A stretch of 64,000 nt of DNA. Source: Antedon mediterranea (taxonomy: Eukaryota; Animalia; Echinodermata). Positions within the stretch are counted from its first letter, which is position 1. Each line of letters begins with the position of its first letter. Positions 55,788 to 64,000 of this stretch are shown one piece after another. Under the pieces are notes generated by a model, which saw only the letters and a list, made by a program, of their open reading frames with translations, was not told where the DNA came from and did not search any database. The translations under genes were made by a program, and so were the position numbers. The stretch lies in contig NC_092671.1 in assembly GCF_964355755.1 (NCBI RefSeq), forward strand, positions 22,089,317-22,153,316, read 5' to 3'.

Positions 55788-58700
55788 TTAACATAAAAAC
55801 ACCAAAGTACTTAGAATAGCTTCAAATCGCATTTGGAGACGTTTTAGACCATTTTGTGATTTTCGAAAAAACTTGTTAACATAAAAACACCAAAGTTCTT
55901 AAAATAGCTTCAAATCGCATTTGGAGACGTTTTAGACCATTTTGTGATTTTCGAAAAAACTTGTTAACACAAAAACACCAAAGTGTTTAGAAAAGCTTCA
56001 AATCGCATTTGGAGACGTTTTAGACCATTTTGGGATTTTCGAAAAAACTTGTTAACATAAAAACACCAAAGTGCTTAGAATAGCTTCAAATCGCATTTGG
56101 AGACGTTTTAGACCATTTTGTAATTTTCAAAAAAACTTGTTAACATAAAAACACCAAAGTTCTTAGAATAGCTTCAAATCGCATTTGGAGACGTTTTAGA
56201 CCATTTTGTGCATTTCGATGAAACTTGGTTACACAAAAACATCAAAGTGCTTAAAATCACACTATAAACCGTTTTAGACCATTTGAGCATTTCGATAACA
56301 CTTTTCACACAAAACATCAAAGTGAACAGAATAGCTTAATATCCAATTTAAAAACGTTTTAGACCATTTTGAGCATTTCGACAAAAACTTTTTCACACAA
56401 AACACCAAAGTCCTTAGAATACCTTCAAATCGCATTTGGAGACGTTTTAGACCATTTTGCGATTTTCGAAAAAACTTGTTAACATAAAACACCAAAGTGC
56501 TTAGAATAGCTTCAAATCGCATTTGGAGACGTTTTAGACCATTTTGTGATTTTCGAAAAAACTTGTTAACATAAAAATATCAAAGTGTACAGAATAGCTT
56601 CAAATCGCATTTGGAGACGTTTTAGACCATTTTGTGATTTTCGAAAAAACTTGTTAACATAAAAACACCAAAGTGCTTAGAATAGCTTCAAATCGCATTT
56701 GGAGACGTTTTAGACCATTTTGTGATTTTCGAAAAAACTTGTTAACATAAAAATATCAAAGTGTACAGAATAGCTTCAAATCGCATTTGGAGACGTTTTA
56801 GACCATTTTGTGATTTTCGAAAAAACTTGTTAACATAAAAACACCAAAGTGCTTAGAATAGCTTCAAATCGCATTTGGAGCCGTTTTAGACCATTTTGTG
56901 ATTTTCGAAAAAACTTGTTAACATAAAAACATCAAAGTGTACAGAATAGCTTCAAATCGCATTTGGAGACGTTTTAGACCATTTTGTGCATTTCGATGAA
57001 ACTTGGTTACACAAAAACATCAAAGTGCTTAAAATCACATTATAAACCGTTTTAGACCATTTGAGCATTTCGATAACACTTTTCACACAAAAACATCAAA
57101 GAGCACAATATAGATTAATATCCTATTTAAAAACGTTTTAGACCATTTTGAGCATTTCGACAAAACTTTTTCACACAAAACACCAAAGTGCTTAGAATAC
57201 CTTCAAATCGCATTTGGAGACGTTTTAGACCATTTTGTGATTTTCGAAAAAACTTGTTAACATAAAAACATCAAAGTTTACAGAATAGCTTCAAATCGCA
57301 TTTGGAGACGTTTTAGACAATTTTGTGATTTTCGAAAAAACTTGTTAACATAAAAACACCAAAGTGCTTAGAATAGCTTCAAATCACATTATAAACCGTT
57401 TTAGACCATTTTGAGCATATCGATAAAACTTTTTACACAAAACACCAAAGTGCTTAGAATAGCTTCAAATCGCATTTGGAAACGTTTTAGAACATTTTGT
57501 GATTTTCGAAAAAAACTTGTTAACATAAAAACATCAAAGTGCTAAGAATAGCTTTAAATCGCATTTGGAGACATTTTAGACCAATTTGTGATTTTCGAAA
57601 AAACTTGTTAACATAAAAACACCAAAGTGCTTAGAATAGCTTCAAATCGCATTAGGAGACGTTTTAGACCATTTTCTGATTTTCGAAAAAACTTGTTAAC
57701 ATAAAAACACCAAAGTGCTTAGAATAGCTTCAAATCGCATTTGGAGACATTTTAGACCAATTTGTGATTTTCGAAAAAACTTGGTTACACAAAAACATCA
57801 AAGTGGATAAAATCACATTATAAACCGTTTTAGACCATTTTGAGCATTTCGATAACACATTTCACACAAAAACATCAAAGAGCACAAAATAGCTTAATAT
57901 CGTATTTAAAAACGTTTTAAACCATTTTGAGCATTTCGACAAAACTTTTTCACACAAAACACCAAAGTGTACAGAATAGCTTCAAATCGCATTTGGAGAC
58001 GTTTTAGACCATTTTGTGATTTTCGAAAAAACTTGTTAATATAAAAACACCAAAGTACTTAGAATAGCTTCAAATCGCATTTGGAGACGTTTTAGACCAT
58101 TTTGTGATTTTCCAAAAAACTTGTTAACATAAAAACACCAAAGTTCTTAAAATAGCTTCAAATCGCATTTGGAGACGTTTTAGACCATTTTGTGATTTTC
58201 GAAAAAACTTGTTAACACAAAAACACCAAAGTGTTTAGAAAAGCTTCAAATCGCATTTGGAGACGTTTTAGACCATTTTGGGATTTTCGAAAAAACTTGT
58301 TAACATAAAAACACCAAAGTGCTTAGAATAGCTTCAAATCGCATTTGGAGACGTTTTAGACCATTTTGTAATTTTCAAACAAACTTGTTAACATAAAAAC
58401 ACCAAAGTTCTTAGAATAGCTTCAAATCGCATTTGGAGACGTTTTAGACCATTTTGTGCATTTCGATGAAACTTGGTTACACAAAAACATCAAAGTGCTT
58501 AAAATCACATTATAAACCGTTTTAGACCATTTGAGCATTTCGATAACACTTTTCACACAAAAACATCAAAGAGCACAATATAGATTAATATCCTATTTAA
58601 AAACGTTTTAGACCATTTTGAGCATTTCGACAAAACTTTTTCACACAAAACACCAAAGTGCTTAGAATACCTTCAAATCGCATTTGGAGACGTTTTAGAC

Positions 58701-61700
58701 CATTTTGTGATTTTCGAAAAAACTTGTTAACATAAAAACATCAAAGTTTACAGAATAGCTTCAAATCGCATTTGGAGACGTTTTAGACAATTTTGTGATT
58801 TTCGAAAAAACTTGTTAACATAAAAACACCAAAGTGCTTAGAATAGCTTCAAATCACATTATAAACCGTTTTAGACCATTTTGAGCATATCGATAAAACA
58901 TTTTACACAAAACACCAAAGTGCTTAGAATAGCTTCAAATCGCATTTGGAAACGTTTTAGAACATTTTGTGATTTTCGAAAAAACTTGTTAACATAAAAA
59001 CATCAAAGTGCTAAGAATAGCTTCAAATCGCATTTGGAGACATTTTAGACCAATTTGTGATTTTCGAAAAAACTTGTTAACATAAAAACACCAAAGTGCT
59101 TAGAATAGCTTCAAATCGCATTAGGAGACGTTTTAGACCATTTTCTGATTTTCGAAAAAACTTGTTAACATAAAAACACCAAAGTGCTTAGAATAGCTTC
59201 AAATCGCATTTGGAGACATTTTAGACCAATTTGTGATTTTCGAAAAAACTTGGTTACACAAAAACATCAAAGTGGATAAAATCACATTATAAACCGTTTT
59301 AGACCATTTTGAGCATTTCGATAACACATTTCACACAAAAACATCAAAGAGCTTAATATCGTATTTAAAAACGTTTTAAACCATTTTGAGCATTTCGACA
59401 AAACTTTTTCACACAAAACACCAAAGTGTACAGAATAGCTTCAAATCGCATTTGGAGACGTTTTAGACCATTTTGTGATTTTCGAAAAAACTTGTTAATA
59501 TAAAAACACCAAAGTACTTAGAATAGCTTCAAATCGCATTTGGAGACGTTTTAGACCATTTTGTGATTTTCGAAAAAACTTGTTAACATAAAAACACCAA
59601 AGTTCTTAAAATAGCTTCAAATCGCATTTGGAGACGTTTTAGACCATTTTGTGATTTTCGAAAAAACTTGTTAACATAAAAACACCAAAGTGCTTAGAAT
59701 AGTTTCAAATCGCATTTGGAGACGTTTTAGACCATTTTGTGCATTTCGATGAAACTTGGTTACACAAAAACATCAAAGTGCTTAAAATCACATTATAAAC
59801 CGTTTTAGACCATTTGAGCATTTCGATAACACTTTTCACACAAAAACATCAAAGAGCACAATATAGATTAATATCCTATTTAAAAACGTTTTAGACCATT
59901 TTGAGCATTTCGACAAAACCTTTTCACACAAAACACCAAAGTGCTTAGAATACCTTCAAATCGCATTTGGAGACGTTTTAGACCATTTTGTGATTTTCGA
60001 AAAAACTTGTTAACATAAAAACATCAAAGTTTACAGAATAGCTTCAAATCGCATTTGGAGACGTTTTAGACAATTTTGTGATTTTCGAAAAAACTTGTTA
60101 ACATAAAAACACCAAAGTGCTTAGAATAGCTTCAAATCACATTATAAACCGTTTTAGACCATTTTGAGCATATCGATAAAACTTTTTACACAAAACACCA
60201 AAGTGCTTAGAATAGCTTCAAATCGCATTTGGAAACGTTTTAGAACATTTTGTGATTTTCGAAAAAACTTGTTAACATAAAAACATCAAAGTGCTAAGAA
60301 TAGCTTCAAATCGCATTTGGAGACATTTTAGACCAATTTGTGATTTTCGAAAAAAACTTGGTTACACAAAAACATCAAAGTGGTTAAAATCACATTATAA
60401 ACCGTTTTAGACCATTTTGAGCATTTTGATAACACTTTTCACACAAAAACATCAAAGAGCACAAAATAGCTTAATATCGTATTTAAAAACGTTTTAGACC
60501 ATTTTGAGCATTTCGACAAAACTTTTTCACACAAAACACCAAAGTGTACAGAATAACTTAATATAGTATTTAAAAACGTTTTAGACCATTTTGTGATTTT
60601 CGACAAAACTTTTTCACACAAAACACCAAAGTGCTTAGAATACCTTCAAATCGCATTTGGAGACGTTTTAGACCATTTTGTAATTTTCGAAAAAACTTGT
60701 TAACACAAAAACACCAAAGTGTTTAGAAAAGCTTCAAACCGCATTTGGAGACGTTTTAGACCATTTTGGGATTTTCGAAAAAACTTGTTAACATAAAAAC
60801 ACCAAAGTGCTTAGAATAGCTTCAAATCGCATTTGGTGACGTTTTAGAGCATTTTGTAATTTTCGAAAAAACTTGTTAACATAAAAACACCAAAGTGTTT
60901 AGAATAGCTTCAAATCGCATTTGGAGACGTTTTAGACCATTTTGTGCATTTCGATGAAACTTGGTTACACAAAAACATCAAAGTGCTTAAAATCACATTA
61001 TAAACCGTTTTAGACCATGTTGAGCATTTCGATAACACTTTTCACACAAAAACATCAAAGAGCACAATATAGCTTAATATTGTATTTAAAAACGTTTTAG
61101 ACCATTTTGAGCATTTCGACAAAACTTTTTCACACAAAACACCAAAGTGCTTAGAATAGCTTCAAATCGCATTTGGAGACGTTTTAGACCATTTTGTGAT
61201 TTTTGAAAAAACTTGTTAACATAAAAACATCAAAGTGCTTAGAATAGCTTCAAATCGCATTTGGAGACGTTTTAGACCATTTTGTGATTTTCGAAAAAAC
61301 TTGTTAACATAAAAACACCAAAATGTTTAGAATAGCTTCAAATCGCATTTGGAGACGTTTTAGACCATTTTGTGATTTTCGAAAAAACTTGTTAACACAA
61401 AAACACCAAAGTGATTAGAATAGCTTCAAATCGCATTTGGAGACGTTTTAGACCATTTTTTGCATTTCGATGAAACTTGGTTACACAAAAACATCAAAGT
61501 GCTAAAAATCACATTATAAACCGTTTTAGACCATTTTGAGCATATCGATAACATTTTTCACACAAAAACATCAAAAAGCACAATATAGCTTAATATCGTA
61601 TTTAAAAACGTTTTAGACCATTTTGAGCATTTCTAAAAAACTTTTTCACACAAAACACCAAAGTGCTTAGAATAGCTTCAAATCGCATTTGGAGACGTTT

Positions 61701-64000
61701 TAGACCATTTTGTGATTTTCGAAAAAACTTAACATAAAAACATCAAAGTGCTAAGAATAGCTTCAAATCGCATTTGGAGACATTTTAGACCAATTTGTGA
61801 TTTTCGAAAAAACTTGGTTACACAAAAACATCAAAGTGCTTAAAATCGCATTATAAAACCGTTTTAGACCATTTTGAGAATTTCGATAACACTTTTCACA
61901 CAAAAACATCAAAGAGAACAAAATAGCTTAATATCGTATTTAAAAACGTTTTAGACCATTTTGAGCATTTCGACAAAACTTTTTCACACAAAACACCAAA
62001 GTGTACAGAATAGCTTAATATCGTATTTAAAAACGTTTTAGACCATTTTGAGCATTTCGACAAAACTTTTTCACACAAAACACCAAAGTGCTTAGAATAC
62101 CTTCAAATCGCATTTGGAGACGTTTTAGACCATTTTGTGATTTTCGAAAAAACTTGTTAACATAAAAACACCAAAGTACTTAGAATAGCTTCAAATCGCA
62201 TTTGGAGAAGTTTTAGACCATTTTGTGATTTTCGAAAAAACTTGTTAACATAAAAACACCAAAGTGCTTAGATTAGCTTTAAATCGCATTTGGAGACGTT
62301 TTAGACCATATTGTGATTTTCGAAAAAACTTGTTAACATAAAAATATCAAAGTGTACAGAATAGCTTCAAATCGCATTTGGAGACGTTTTAGACCATTTT
62401 GTGATTTTCGAAAAAACTTGTTAACATAAAAACACCAAAGTGCTTAGAATAGCTTCAAGTCGCATTTGGAGCCGTTTTAGACCATTTTGTGATTTTCGAA
62501 AAAACTTGTTAACATAAAAACATCAAAGTGTACAGAATAGCTTCAAATCGCATTTGGAGACGTTTTAGACCATTTTGTGATTTTCGAAAAAACTTGTTAA
62601 CATAAAAACACCAAAGTGCATAGAATAGCTTCAAATCGGATTTGGAGAGGTTTTAGACCATTTTGTGATTTTCGAAAAAACTTGTTAACATAAAAACACC
62701 AAAATGTTTAGAATAGCTTCAAATCGCATTTGGAGACGTTTTAGACCATTTTGTGATTTTCGAAAAAACTTGTTAACACAAAAACACCAAAGTGATTAGA
62801 ATAGTTTCAAATCGCATTTGGAGACGTTTTAGACCATTTTGTGCATTTCGATGAAACTTGGTTACACAAAAACATCAAAGTGCTAAAAATCACATTATAA
62901 ACCGTTTTAGACCATTTTGAGAATATCGATAACATTTTTCACACAAAAAAAAAGCACAATGTAGCTTAATATCGTATTTAAAAACGTTTTAGACCATTTT
63001 GAGCATTTCGACAAAACTTTTTCACACAAAACACCAAAGTGCTTAGAATAGCTTCAAATCGCATTTGGAGACGTTTTAGACCATTTTGTGATTTTCGAAA
63101 AAACTTAACATAAAAACATCAAAGTGCTAAGAATAGCTTCAAATCGCATTTGGAGACATTTTAGACCAATTTGTGATTTTCGAAAAAACTTGGTTACACA
63201 AAAACACCAAAGTGCTTAGAATAGCTTCAAATCGCATTTGGAGACGTTTTAGACCAATTTGTGATTTTCGAAAAAACTTGGTTACACAAAAACATCAAAG
63301 TGGTTAAAATCACATTATAAACCGTTTTAGACCATTTTGAGCATTTCGATAACACTTTTCACCAAAAAACATCAAAGAGCACAAAATAGCTTAATATCGT
63401 ATTTAAAAACGTTTTAAACCATTTTGAGCATTTCGACAAAATTTTTCACACACAACACCAAAGTGTACAAAATAGCTTCAAATCGCATTTGGAGACGTTT
63501 TAGACCATTTTGTGATTTTCGAAAAAACTTGTTAACATAAAAACACCAAAGTACTTAGAATAGCTTCAAATCGCATTTTGAGACGTTTTAGACCATTTTG
63601 TGATTTTCGAAAAAACTTGTTAACACAAAAACACCAAAGTGTTTAGAATAGCTTCAAATCGCATTTGGAGACGTTTTAGACCATTTTGTGATTTTCGAAA
63701 AAACTTGTTAACACAAAAACACCAAAGTGATTAGAATAGCTTCAAATCGCATTTTGAGACGTTTTAGACCATTTTGTGATTTTCGAAAAAACTTGTTAAC
63801 ATAAAAACACCAAAGTGCTTAGAATAGCTTCAAATCACATTTGGAGACGTTTTAGACCATTTTGTGATTTTCGAAAAAACTTGTTAACATAAAAACACCA
63901 AAGTGCTTAGAATAGCTTCAAATCACATTTGGAGACGTTTTAGACCAATTTGTGATTTTCGAAAAAACTTGGTTACACAAAAACATCAAAGTGGTTAAAA
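55788..64000 (+). repeat. Same satellite array, right arm
   Basis: Resumes in register at TTAACATAAAAACACCAAAG directly after the insertion, has the same A/B/C monomers and continues past the window end. Confidence 0.98.

Noticed and set aside
6-62078. Recurrent 60-82 aa ORFs in the satellite (MLKSFFRKSQNGLKRLQ..., MCEKVLSK...)
   Set aside because: They are translations of satellite monomers. Units of 88 and 77 bp are not multiples of 3, frames open and close with single-base variants, and recurrence only tracks DNA duplications.
1-64000. CRISPR array or repeat-spacer system
   Set aside because: There are no unique spacers, since the whole unit is repeated, and there are no cas-like ORFs.

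Overview
Almost the whole window is one head-to-tail, single-orientation, AT-rich (~32% GC consensus) satellite DNA array, most likely eukaryotic heterochromatin (possibly peri/centromeric). It is built from an 88-bp main monomer (type A: CACCAAAGTGCTTAGAATAGCTTCAAATCGCATTTGGAGACGTTTTAGACCATTTTGTGATTTTCGAAAAAACTTGTTAACATAAAAA) punctuated by two diverged monomers, B (~77 bp) and C (~87 bp). These form irregular higher-order repeats and recent multi-kb duplications (0.5, 1.1, 1.3-1.5, 4.6 and ~7-9 kb). The only non-satellite sequence is a 1,109-bp non-autonomous DNA transposon (54679-55787) with 28-bp terminal inverted repeats, inserted in the monomer's TTAA site. Its TTAA duplication and AA...TT ends fit Kolobok better than piggyBac. 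It carries CRE and X-box-like motifs and a long imperfect hairpin. A TTA-TTAA variant at the same monomer position elsewhere may be an excision footprint. I found no credible protein-coding gene, RNA gene or CRISPR array, and the listed ORFs look like chance. All comparisons were made by eye.
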